DNA from: Acetofilamentum sp.
GTDB taxonomy: Bacteria; CAIWAD01
Assembly: GCA_020726405.1 (NCBI GenBank)
Contig: DYSB01000003.1
Location: 1 to 54,066, forward strand
DNA length: 54,066 bases
Reading direction: 5' to 3'
Within the stretch, counting starts at the first letter, position 1, and every line of letters starts with the position of its first letter. Below, in pieces: positions 8,990 through 20,495 of the stretch. The notes under the pieces are model-generated. The model saw only the letters and a list, made by a program, of their open reading frames with translations. It did no database searches and was not told the origin of the DNA. A program made the translations under genes and the position numbers.

Positions 8990-11900
8990 GCCATCCCCAG
9001 GAAATCGTAGCTGGTTTTCTTGCGCAGGTTCCCCAGCAGCGTGAAGAAACGTTTGAGCATGGCCTCCTCGGGCGCGCTCCATTCCTGGGGCGTGATCAGG
9101 TTCGACGGGTCGCGGCTTTCCAGCACGGCTGCCGTCTGCCGGGAGAGGCGTAGCCGCAGGATATCCTCGTAGTCCTGCGTCAACTCTCCGTGGCTCTCTT
9201 GGCTCAGACCGCCCAGTTCGTGCAGGCGGGCCAACCGGTCCAGCGTGTGGGTCTCATCGAGACCGTGCTTGAGTGCGTAGAGGCGCCCCGTGTTGACCAC
9301 GGGCAGCAGGGCCTCCTTCAGGTCCAGCGCCCGGACCCCCGCCGGCGTGGACGAACTGAGCAGCAGGTTGCCCCGCAGGCCCAGTGCCGGCTTGCTCAAT
9401 AGCGTGTTCTGAGCCAGGTGCAACAGGAAGGGCGGGTGCTGGCGGATCTCGTCCAGCACGAAGCCGCGCAGTTCGTGGGCCAGGGCGGGATCGCCGCCCA
9501 CGGCGCGGAAGTCGAAGGCGATGTTTAAGTCGAGCAATTCCTGGGGGCCGGCCTCGCGGATCCAGCGCGAGAAGCGCGCGCGCCAGTCCGCGGCGGACTG
9601 GTTCCAGCGCGCCTGGGAGGCCATCACGCCACCCGTGCATTCACGGTAACCGGCCGTGGCCAGGCCGGCGCAGACGCGGCGGCCCAGTTCGAGGAAGTAG
9701 GCCGTGCAGGCCTCGCGCTCCTCGGCGGGCGGGTCCTCGTAGAGCAGGCCGTTGTCCTGGTCGGTGAGCAGCGTCTGCTCCTGGCGGCCCTCGCTGCCCA
9801 TGGCCAGGAAGACAAAGCGCGCCGGCGGCGGGCCCATCTGCTCCACGGCCAGGGCCAGCAGGCGCTGCAGCGCGCCGTCCGCCACGCTGCTGATCAGGCG
9901 GTTGATTGCCCGCATGCGTGTGCCGGAGACCAGCAGGGCCTGGACCAGCCGCGGCAGGCGGCCCACGGCCTCGGCCAGTTCCCCGGCGTTGGCGGCCTGG
10001 CCCAGGGAGTGGGTCAGGATCACGGCGCTGTAGTGGCGGAAGTGCACGAGGTTGCGGTCCCGCAGCACGCCCGCCAGCCGGCCCGCGTCATCCAGGGCCA
10101 CCAGGTGGCCGATGTGCCGGTTCTGCATCTGCAGGATGGCCTCGTAGACCAGGGCGTGGACGGAGATGGTGGCCAGTGGCGCGCTCATGATCTCGCGCAC
10201 GGGCCGCGAGGCCTCCAGCCGTCCGGCGGTGACCCGGGCCCGGAAATCGCGGTCGGTCACCAGGCCGATGGGCTCGCCCTGCTCCGTCACCACCACCAGG
10301 GCGCTGGAGTCCGCCAGACTCATGCACTGGGCGGCCTCGGCGATGGAATGCCCCGGGGTGAGCGCGGGCACGGGCCGCACGGCGGGCGTGACAGGCTCCT
10401 GCAGGTAGAACAGCGAACTCTGCAGTTGGCCAATGAGCTCCTCGCGCCGGGCCTCCTCGCGCACTTGTTCGCTCATGTCCTCGAGCACGCCATCGCAAAC
10501 CGTCCGGCCCTCCTCGCGCACCAGCACGGCGAAGAGCCGCACCTCGGCGCGCGAACCATCGGCGCGGCGCAGGGCCAGCCGCGGCCACTCTGCGCTCTCC
10601 TCGCGCTCCAGGCGTTCCACCAGCTCGCGCCGGACCGGCTCCTCGGCCACGTGCTCGAGCCAGTCCACCCCGTCCACGGCGACCTCGGGCTCCAGACCCA
10701 GCAGGCGGCGCATGGCTGGATTGGCATCCAGCAGGAAGGCGCCGTCCTGCCAGGAGCTGCGGAAGACACCCATCCGGATGGAGCGCGTGAGCTTGCGGTA
10801 GTGCCCGCGGCTGCGCCGCAGCGCGGCGGTGAGTTCCTTGTGGCGGCCGATGTCCCGGGCCACCAGGATGAAGCCGCGCCGGCCCTCGAAAGCGATGGGC
10901 GAGGCAGAGAGCAGGACCTCGGCGTATCCCCCGTCCGGCCGTTTAAGCCGCGCCTCGCCGCCCGGCGGGACGGCGCCGCCGTGCAGCAGGGCCTCCAGCC
11001 ACTCCAGAGCGCGCCGATCGGCCGGACGGTCGTCGGCGAACAGATCCCGCACGTGCCGGCCGGCCAGCTCGCCCACGCCCGCGCCGCAGAGCAGCTCCAT
11101 GGGCCGGTTGGCGTAGGCACAGTCCCCGTCCAGCACCATCAGCGTGCCCTCGCTGCCGGCCTCCGCCAGGGAGCGGTACTTCTCGCGGCTGCTCTTGAGT
11201 TCGCGCTCGGCCCGTGCCCGGCGTGTCTCCAGGGCCAGGCTCTGGCGCATCACATAGAGCAGCAGCAGGCCCACCAAGGCGGCGATGAGCAGCGTGATCC
11301 AGACCAGCCGGCCGCGGACCCGGGCCATCTCGGCCTGGACGTCCTGGGTGTAGATGCCTGTGCCGATCACCCAGCCCCAGGGCCGGAAGGCCTGCACGTA
11401 GGAGAGCTTGGGGACGATCTGGCCCGGGTTGTCTTTCCACTGCCAGTCGTATTCCACATAGCCGGCGTCGCGCTCGCGCACCGCCTCCACGAACTCCACG
11501 AACACGCGTCGGCCGTGGGGGTCGCGGAATTCCGAGACGTCGCGACCGTTCAGGTCCGTGCGCCAGGGGTGCATGATCATCACGGGACGCAGGTCGGTGA
11601 TCCAGAAGTAATCCTTGCCCTCCGGACCGTAACGCAACCGCTCGATGCGGCCGGCAGCCTCCCGGCGGGCGCGCTCCGGCGCCAGATGTCCGCTGGCCGC
11701 TTCGTCCGCGTACTCCTGCAGGATGCTGGCCGCTGTGCGCGTCAGTTCGCGGATGGTCTCCTTTTTCCGCTCCAGCAGCTGGGCTTCCATCATGGGGATG
11801 AAGACGCCGAAGATGGCCAGCAGGAAGAGCACGCCGGCCAGCGCCACGGGCAACCCGATGTGGAGTAGGAAGCCGCGCCAGTTGCGCTCGCCACCCAGGG

Positions 11901-12654
11901 ACTTCCGGCCCCGACCCACGCGCAGGAAGTCGCGGCCCGCCCAGCCCAGCACGCGTGCCAGGGGCAGCCAGGCTTCCTCGGGTAGCTCCAGGCCGGGAGC
12001 GGGGGCGCCCAGGCCACTGCCCGGGCCGTGGTAGTCGCTGCCGCCGCTCACCAGCAGGTCGTGCTGCGCGGCCAGCCCGGCCAAGGCCGCGCGGGTCGCC
12101 TCGTCATAGCTGAGATAGTGGGCCTCCAACCCGTCCAGGCCGCGGGCTTTCCAGTCGGGCAGTCGGGCCGCCAGCTCCTCCAGTCCGGCCAGCCCGGCCA
12201 GCGGATGGGCGGCGAAGGTCAGGCCGCCGGCCTCGTGCACAAGGCGGCAGACGGTCTCCAGAGGCAGCGCGCCTTGACCGGGTCCCAGGGCGACGGCGCC
12301 CGGCTGCCGGCCGCCGCGCAGGGCTCCGGCCACCTGGGCCACGTGCGGATGCCGATTGGAATCCAGGGCCTGCAGCAGGGCCGGGTTGCGCTCGTTGAAG
12401 TGGTAGGCCAGCACGTGCAGGGTGCCCTCGGGGGTCAGGGCGTCGATCTCCGCGCCGCTGACCACGTGGATGCCGCGCGGCTCCAGGGTGCCGCGGAAGC
12501 GCTCCAGTCCGGCGACGGTGTTGTGGTCGGTAAGGGCCGCGTAGCGCACGCCGGCGTCCGCCAATTCCTCCGCCAGCTGCTCGGGCGAGAGCACGCCATC
12601 ACTGAAGGAACTGTGGCAGTGCAGGTCGATACGCCAGGCGCGCGCCGGACTCAT
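8986..12654 (-). CDS. Multidomain membrane sensor-enzyme: PHP - TM - sCache_2 - TM - PAS - PAS - CBS pair - DUF294 nucleotidyltransferase - DUF294_C
   Basis: PHP: DLHCHSSFSDG, TDHNT, GAEI, AAHP, GGSDYHG; Cache: YFWI..MHP..DPHG..VEY.W..KLSYV..PWGWVIGTGIY; PAS: YANRPM, DANPAM; CBS: IGLVTDRDFR..IMSAP; NTase: MGSEGRQEQTLLTDQDN; DLKEALLPVV..RLYAL. Confidence 0.85.
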   Translation of the reverse strand: MSPARAWRIDLHCHSSFSDGVLSPEQLAEELADAGVRYAALTDHNTVAGLERFRGTLEPRGIHVVSGAEIDALTPEGTLHVLAYHFNERNPALLQALDSNRHPHVAQVAGALRGGRQPGAVALGPGQGALPLETVCRLVHEAGGLTFAAHPLAGLAGLEELAARLPDWKARGLDGLEAHYLSYDEATRAALAGLAAQHDLLVSGGSDYHGPGSGLGAPAPGLELPEEAWLPLARVLGWAGRDFLRVGRGRKSLGGERNWRGFLLHIGLPVALAGVLFLLAIFGVFIPMMEAQLLERKKETIRELTRTAASILQEYADEAASGHLAPERARREAAGRIERLRYGPEGKDYFWITDLRPVMIMHPWRTDLNGRDVSEFRDPHGRRVFVEFVEAVRERDAGYVEYDWQWKDNPGQIVPKLSYVQAFRPWGWVIGTGIYTQDVQAEMARVRGRLVWITLLIAALVGLLLLYVMRQSLALETRRARAERELKSSREKYRSLAEAGSEGTLMVLDGDCAYANRPMELLCGAGVGELAGRHVRDLFADDRPADRRALEWLEALLHGGAVPPGGEARLKRPDGGYAEVLLSASPIAFEGRRGFILVARDIGRHKELTAALRRSRGHYRKLTRSIRMGVFRSSWQDGAFLLDANPAMRRLLGLEPEVAVDGVDWLEHVAEEPVRRELVERLEREESAEWPRLALRRADGSRAEVRLFAVLVREEGRTVCDGVLEDMSEQVREEARREELIGQLQSSLFYLQEPVTPAVRPVPALTPGHSIAEAAQCMSLADSSALVVVTEQGEPIGLVTDRDFRARVTAGRLEASRPVREIMSAPLATISVHALVYEAILQMQNRHIGHLVALDDAGRLAGVLRDRNLVHFRHYSAVILTHSLGQAANAGELAEAVGRLPRLVQALLVSGTRMRAINRLISSVADGALQRLLALAVEQMGPPPARFVFLAMGSEGRQEQTLLTDQDNGLLYEDPPAEEREACTAYFLELGRRVCAGLATAGYRECTGGVMASQARWNQSAADWRARFSRWIREAGPQELLDLNIAFDFRAVGGDPALAHELRGFVLDEIRQHPPFLLHLAQNTLLSKPALGLRGNLLLSSSTPAGVRALDLKEALLPVVNTGRLYALKHGLDETHTLDRLARLHELGGLSQESHGELTQDYEDILRLRLSRQTAAVLESRDPSNLITPQEWSAPEEAMLKRFFTLLGNLRKKTSYDFLGMA

Positions 12655-12775
12655 GCGGAATCCTCCCGGGTGAGTGCAGGGTCAACTTCGGAAACGAAGG
12701 GCTCTCCTAGCCCGCAAAGGGCCGGCGCAGGTCCCTGACCGCGCCGGCCCCCACGATGTCACACGGATGATTCGA

Positions 12776-14683
12776 CTAGTGCTCCACCCCCGTCGTGGTG
12801 CGCGTGGTCAGCAGCGAGACCATGATCAGGGCCAGGAAACTCAGCGGGATGGAGATCACGCCGGGGTTGTCCAGCGGGAAGGGGGCCGTGGACGGGTCCA
12901 GTCCGTATTTCTCATACAAACTGGGGGAGAAGAGGATCAAGCCCACCGAACTGAGGATGCCCACCGTGATGCCCGCCGTGATGCCCTTGGCCGTTGTTCG
13001 TTTCCAGAACAGCATCATCAGGATGGCCGGCAGGTTGGCGCTGGCCGCCACGGCGAAGGCCAGACCCACCAGGAAGGAGACGTTCATGCCCTTGAACAGG
13101 ATGCCCAGCACGATGGCCAGGATGCCCACGGCGAAGGCGGCCACCTTGCCGGCGTGGACCTTCTGCGCCTCGTTCATGTTGCGGCCCGCGTAGCGGTCCA
13201 TCAGGTCGTGGGCCACGGCGCCGGAGGCGGCGATGATCAGCCCGCTCACGGTGCCCAGCACGGTGGAGAAGGCGATGGCCGAGATGACCGCGAAGAGCAG
13301 TTCGCCGAAGGAGCGCGCCAGGAGCGGCGCCGACATGTTGTTGTCCAGTGGATTCACCACGCCGCTGGTCATGGCGCCCAGGCCCATGTAGAGCGTGAGC
13401 ACGTAGAAGGCGCCGATGGCCGCGATGGCCACGATGGTGGACTTGCGTGCCGAGGTGGGGCTGGGCACCGTGTAGTAGCGGATGAGGATGTGGGGCAGCG
13501 CGGCGGTGCCGAAAAAGAGGGCCAGCATCAGCGAGATGAAGTCCAGCTTCTCCAGCGGCGTGCCTTCCACTTTGAACTTGAGACCAGGACGCATCACGCG
13601 GTTGCCCGGGGTTTCCTGGGGGTAGATCACCTTGACCTTGGCGCCGTCTTCCGCCGTGAAGGAGACATCCTTCCAGCGGCGCACCACGGTCTCCTTGTCC
13701 GACATCAGCGAGAGATACTCGAGGGGTCCCGCCGGGCCCGACAGGGCCGCATCGCCCGTGCGGCCGGCCACGCGGACCAGATTGCCCACTTGGCGAAACT
13801 TGTTCTCCGGCGAGGCGGGCGCGCCGTTGATCACATGCGTGCCGTCCGCGCTCTTGGCCTCCCACTGGGCCTGGGTCAGTGTCACACGGCCGTCATCCCC
13901 TTCCTCCACGTGCCACCAGCCCTCGCCGGCGGGACCGGCGAGGCGCACGAAGCGCGCCTGCTTCACCGCGGCGTTCTCCAGCACGGCGAAGGTGCTGTCC
14001 AGGGGCAGCACCGCGTCGCCGGCCAGCGTGGCCTGCAGCACGGCGGGCTCCACGAAGGGGACCTTGCCGCCCTGATCCGGGGCCGGGTTGAAGCCGCGCA
14101 CCAGCACGGCGATCACCAGCGCCAGGGAGAAGATCACCAGCAGGGCGCCCTTGATGAACTGCACGTAGGTGGTGGAGGTCATGCCGGCGGTGGCCACGAT
14201 GGTGATCACGATGGCGCCGACCATGATCACGCCCCAGGCGTGGGGGATGCCCAGCAGGGGTTCCACCAGCACGCCGGCGCCCACCATTTGCGGGATCAGG
14301 TAGAAGATCGAGACGATGAGCGTGCTGATGGCCGCGGCCAGCTTGATCCCGCGGGAGTCGAACTTGGCGTCCAGCGCATCGGTGAACGTGTACTTGCCCA
14401 GTCGCTTCATGGGCTCGGCTACGATGAACAGCGCCACGATCCAGCCGGCCAGGTAGCCGATGGAATAGAGGAAGCCGTCGTAGCCGGCGGTGGCGATCAT
14501 GCCGCAGATGCCCAGGAAGGAGGCGGCGCTGAGGTAGTCGCCGGCGAAGGCGATGCCGTTCACCGACCAGTGGATGGTGCCGCCGGCCGCGTAGTAGGCG
14601 CTGGCCGAGGTCGTGCGACGGGCCAGCCAGAACGAGAGCCCCAGCACGCTGGCCACAAAGAAGAGGAAGACCGTGATCGCCAT
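12776..14683 (-). CDS. actP: Cation/acetate (monocarboxylate) symporter, SSS family, with large loop insertion
   Basis: NGIAFAGDYLSAASFLGI, YLIPQMVGAG, GMTSTTYVQFIKG, GTAALPHILIRYYTVP, AFAVAASANLP. Confidence 0.85.
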   Translation of the reverse strand: MAITVFLFFVASVLGLSFWLARRTTSASAYYAAGGTIHWSVNGIAFAGDYLSAASFLGICGMIATAGYDGFLYSIGYLAGWIVALFIVAEPMKRLGKYTFTDALDAKFDSRGIKLAAAISTLIVSIFYLIPQMVGAGVLVEPLLGIPHAWGVIMVGAIVITIVATAGMTSTTYVQFIKGALLVIFSLALVIAVLVRGFNPAPDQGGKVPFVEPAVLQATLAGDAVLPLDSTFAVLENAAVKQARFVRLAGPAGEGWWHVEEGDDGRVTLTQAQWEAKSADGTHVINGAPASPENKFRQVGNLVRVAGRTGDAALSGPAGPLEYLSLMSDKETVVRRWKDVSFTAEDGAKVKVIYPQETPGNRVMRPGLKFKVEGTPLEKLDFISLMLALFFGTAALPHILIRYYTVPSPTSARKSTIVAIAAIGAFYVLTLYMGLGAMTSGVVNPLDNNMSAPLLARSFGELLFAVISAIAFSTVLGTVSGLIIAASGAVAHDLMDRYAGRNMNEAQKVHAGKVAAFAVGILAIVLGILFKGMNVSFLVGLAFAVAASANLPAILMMLFWKRTTAKGITAGITVGILSSVGLILFSPSLYEKYGLDPSTAPFPLDNPGVISIPLSFLALIMVSLLTTRTTTGVEH

Positions 14684-14967
14684 CAGTTCCTCCCCTCTTT
14701 GGACGCCAGCAGCCGCTCGCGCACGGAGCAGATCCGGTCATAGATCAGCGCCAGCACCAGGGCCACCAGGATCAGGCCCATGCCGTAGACCACCGCCAGA
14801 TTGAGTCCGGCGAAGACCGTGCGCTCCATGGCCAGGGGATCGGCGATGTTGATGGCCACGAACCCGATGTAGATCAGGGCGTAGACGGCGAACATCCAGA
14901 CGCCCAGTCGGGCTTTGAAGGCGGAGCTTGGGTCTTTGCCCGTGGGGGCAGCGGGTTTGTGCAGCAT
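14683..14967 (-). CDS. DUF485 (YjcH-like) small membrane partner of ActP
   Basis: Two TM helices, GLNLAVVYGMGLI; stop overlaps the actP start; AGGAGG RBS. Confidence 0.85.
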   Translation of the reverse strand: MLHKPAAPTGKDPSSAFKARLGVWMFAVYALIYIGFVAINIADPLAMERTVFAGLNLAVVYGMGLILVALVLALIYDRICSVRERLLASKEGRN

Positions 14968-15195
14968 GGAGACCTCCTAGTCCTGGTTGACTGCGCGAGT
15001 GTATTGGGTGAAGACAATTGACGCATCGGGGCGCGACCTCACGCCACCGAGAATTGTGCTGAGCTTCCATTGTGACAAGCGAACACCGCGGACCCGCCGA
15101 CAGGGCCCGACTGGTGTTCAGCTCCAAAATAGGAGAGGCTCCGCCGGGCGACAACCCAATTTTGGCGGCGGTGACATCCCGCCCGTGAAAAGCTG

Positions 15196-16062
15196 CTATG
15201 CCTCGGGCGGCGCGGGAGGCAACTTGGCCAGCCAACGCCGGCGGCGCCATTCACGGATTGCGTCCAGCCACTGATCGGCCTTCAGGTGGAAGGCCGGCAC
15301 CACCAGCAGGCTGAGCGCCGTGGAGACCGCCAGGCCCGTCAGGATGCCGATGGCCATGGGCGAGCGGATCTCCGAGCCCGGACCCAGTTCCAGGGCGGAA
15401 GGCAGCGCGGCCATCATGGTGGCCGTGCTCGTCATCAGGATGGGCCGCAGACGCTTGGGACCGGCCTCCAGCAGGGCATCCCGGGCCGCCAGTCCGCGCG
15501 CCTGGGCCTGACGCGCGTAGTCCACCAGGATGATGGAGTTCTTCTTGACGATGCCCAGCAGCAGCAGGCCGATCATCGAGAAGATGTTCAGGCTCTTGCC
15601 CGCCAGCCAAAGTCCGCCCGCCGCGCCCGCCACGGAGAGCGGCAGGATGGTGAGCACGGTGATGGGACGCAGCAGGGAGTTGAACTGGGAGGCCAGCACC
15701 ATGTAGGCCACGGCGATGCCCAGGAAGAGCGTCATCAGCAGGCTGCCCATGGATTCCTTGACGGCCACGCTGGCTCCGCCCAGCACCAGCCGGTGCCCGC
15801 CGGGCAGATCACGGCCCATCTCCTCCACCGCGGCCAGCACCTCCTGCTGGGCGTGGCCGGGCGCCACGTTGGCCGTGATGGTGATGGCGCGTTCGCGATC
15901 CCGGCGGGTGATGGCCTGGAGGGCGGGGCGTTCCTCGGTGACCACCACGCTGGAGAGTGGCACCAGTTCGCCGGCCGCCGTGCGAACCCGCAGGCGCATC
16001 AGGTCCTCGGGGCGCGAGCGCTGGCTCGCCAGCAGGCGCATGCGCACGTCCAGGTGCCGGCC
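15196..16062 (-). pseudogene. C-terminal fragment of an AcrB/RND efflux permease
   Basis: ITRRDRER, YMVLASQFNS, IFSMIGLLLLGIVKKNSIILVD, RLRPILMTS; most of the ~1000-aa protein is missing. Confidence 0.85.
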
Positions 16063-16712
16063 ACGTCCTCAACGGGAATACCCAGATCGGCGCAGCGTGC
16101 CCGGTCCGGCATGACACGCAATTCGGGCATGCCCACCTGGTAGTCCGTGTCCACGTCCACGGCCAGGCCGCTGGCCTGCACCCACTCGCGCTCGGTGCTG
16201 GCCAGTTCCAGCTCGGCGCGGGTCAGGTCGTTGCTGCCCACCAGACCGGCCTCGCGCCGCACCTGGATCTCCGTCAAAGAGCGGATAGCCAGCTCCCGGC
16301 GTTCCACGGCGGCCCAGCTGTCATGTCGCGCCTGGCCCACCAGCGGCAGCGCCTGGGCGTCGAAGAGCAGCTGGCTGGCGCCTGCCCGGGCCTCCCAGCC
16401 CTCGTAGCTGGAACTGCCCGAGGCGCCGCCCTCGCTGGCGTATTCGCTGCGGTCCAGGTCCAGCCTGAGGCTGGGCAGCAGAACGGACCAGGCCTGGCCC
16501 ACCCGCGCGGAAGCGGCCTGGCGCCCGGCCCGGGCGATGGCCGCGCGTTCATGATGCTCCAGGGCGGCCTGGATGGCCTGCTCCAGGCTGAGGGACGTCG
16601 CGGCCTGCGCCGGCAGGGCGGCGGCCAGCCCGAGTGTGAGAAAAAGCCCCACGCGGGGCCAACAGGAGCGGAAGGGCTCGGAGCGCCTGGCTCGGTCGGG
16701 TCTGGTTGTCAT
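16063..16712 (-). pseudogene. Truncated TolC-family outer-membrane factor fused by deletion to an AcrB fragment
   Basis: LSLEQAIQAALEH, LLPSLRL, QLLFD, DLTRAELELA, then an abrupt switch to AcrB-like VDVDTDYQVGMPELRVMPDRAR. Confidence 0.75.
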
Positions 16713-16818
16713 GGATGGTCCCGGAATACTCTCGACAGGGCTAGGTAGCACCGCGAATGCAGGGCACCTGCGGCAAGCCTGGCGGGAAGGCGGGATGTGA
16801 ATTCTTGAGCACCCGGGC

Positions 16819-17627
16819 TCAGCGCGCGGGTGCCGGCAACGCCCCCAGGCCGACCAGGGCGTGCCGGACGAGTTCCTGGCGCAGTGGCAGGTCGGCCTCG
16901 TCGCGCAGGTTCAGGATGAGGGCGAAGACCAGTGTGCGGCCCTCGCGCTCCAGCCAGCCCACCCACCAGCCGTGGCCAGGTGTGGAGCGGGCGGCCCAGC
17001 CGGTCTTGGCGCGCAGCACGTACTCCGGCGCGGCCTCCACGATCAGCGCCTCGCGCAGGATGCGCTGGCTGCGCTCAGAGAGTGGCAGCTCCAGCCGGGC
17101 CAGCCGGGCCAGGAAGCGCACCTGTTCCACGGGGGAGATGGCCAGGGCCCCGTCCAGCCAGAAGTGGTCGATGCCGCCGCCGCAGTCGGCGTTGCTGTAG
17201 TCCAGCGAATCCAGCCAGGCTCGCATTTGCGCCTCGCCGATCCGTCGGGCGAAGTCCTGGTAGACGGGCACGACGGAGACGCCCAGAGCACTGCGCAGCG
17301 TGTGGTCGCGGTTCCAGGCGGCAATGGGGTGTGTCACGCCATTCCAGGGCAGCCGCTGGCGCTCGTCCCGCAAGACGCCGGTCTCCAGCGCGATCAGGCT
17401 GTTGGGAATCTTGAAGGTGGAGGCGGGCAGCCGGCGCTCCCGGGTCCGGACGGTGTCGCTGGCCAGCCAGTGGCCACTCTCCAGCTCCTGCATCACCAAG
17501 GTGCCCGTCGCCCCGGCCTCGCGGAACAGCGCCAGCCAGTCCGGCGCAGCTCGGGTTTTCAGGGTTCGGCGGCCCGCAGCCCGTTGGTCCAGCCACCCAG
17601 CAGCAGGAGCAGCAGCAGGTATCTCAT
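16819..17627 (-). pseudogene. Class D (OXA-like) beta-lactamase; signal peptide disconnected by a stop and a frameshift
   Basis: PASTFK, SVV, YSN, FWLDG, KTG intact in 16819-17499; leader MRYLLLLLLLGG...AAEP* lies in another frame. Confidence 0.8.
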
Positions 17628-17629
17628 GT

Positions 17630-17995
17630 TCACTCCCGTTCCGGCGGACAGACGGGTCCGCAGCTCAGGGCCAGGCTGCCGGAGTCCAGCGCTTCCACGG
17701 TCTCGGGCTCCCAGCTGAAGGGCGGCTGCGGGTCCTGGAAGAAAGGTGCCCAACCCTCGACCACGGCGGCACGCCCACGCAGCAGCGTGCGGCCGAAGAA
17801 CAGGGCTTCCGTGGAGACGAACCCGGCAAGGGCCGAGAGATCGCGCGCGGCCATGCTGGCGGCAAAGGCCGTTTCGGCGGCCCGTACGTCCACGACCGCC
17901 AGTGCGGCGGGGTCGGGCGTCGCGCCACCGTCCGGCTCGCCAGCCTGAGCGCAGAGCGCGCCGGCGAGCAGGACTCCCAGTCTCAAGTGAGTCAT
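17630..17995 (-). pseudogene. SnoaL/NTF2-like DUF4440 protein, C-terminally truncated
   Basis: VRAAETAFAASMAARD...FSWEPETVEALDSGSLALSCGPV, then an early stop; the expected terminal SIWR...W..VFD strands are absent. Confidence 0.65.
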
Positions 17996-18037
17996 GTTCG
18001 ACCTCCTATGTTGGGACGACTCGACCTGCGATACCTT

Positions 18038-18125
18038 TCACCACAGAGGCACGGCTGAAGCAAGTGAAGAATTGGATTCCCCGCTCAGAAGATCCTGTTG
18101 TGACGTGGCTGTGTCTCCATGGTGA
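18038..18125. repeat. Inverted-repeat intergenic element (CACAGAG family)
   Basis: TCACCACAGAGGCACGG / CTGTGTCTCCATGGTGA; also contains AATTGGAT as in the 6538 copy. Confidence 0.65.
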
Positions 18126-18154
18126 TTTCAGCTGGAGATGGCGGTGGGGAACGC

Positions 18155-18180
18155 AAAGGGGTCCGCCGTGGCGGACCCCC
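18155..18180 (-). terminator. Probable intrinsic terminator after hppA
   Basis: GGGGTCCGCC-AC-GGCGGACCCC hairpin followed by TTT on the minus strand. Confidence 0.65.
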
Positions 18181-18213
18181 TGCGAAAGCCGTGCGCTCCT
18201 GCGTCGACAGCTG

Positions 18214-20265
<2,052 letters not shown>

Positions 20266-20495
20266 GGGTCTCCTCTCTGTCAGCTAGTCTTCTATGAATT
20301 GGACACGTCGGACGGCACGCGGGGCGGGATTCCTGCCAACCGGTGGGAACCGGTGACACATCGTGCACTGCGGGCAGGGCCAGGCAGGCCAGCTGCTCGT
20401 CAGGGGCGGATGAAAGCGGGAACGTCCGGCGCGACGCTGCACAAGAAAGGGCTTTTCCCCTTTTGTCGCAATCAGATCGCCTGTGGGCGAGCTGG

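Noticed and set aside
17545-17575. Programmed frameshift or selenocysteine readthrough at CCC-TGA in the OXA leader
   Set aside because: CCC-TGA is a +1 shift context but -1 is needed; readthrough alone stays out of frame; no SECIS-like hairpin evident; neighbouring genes are decayed.
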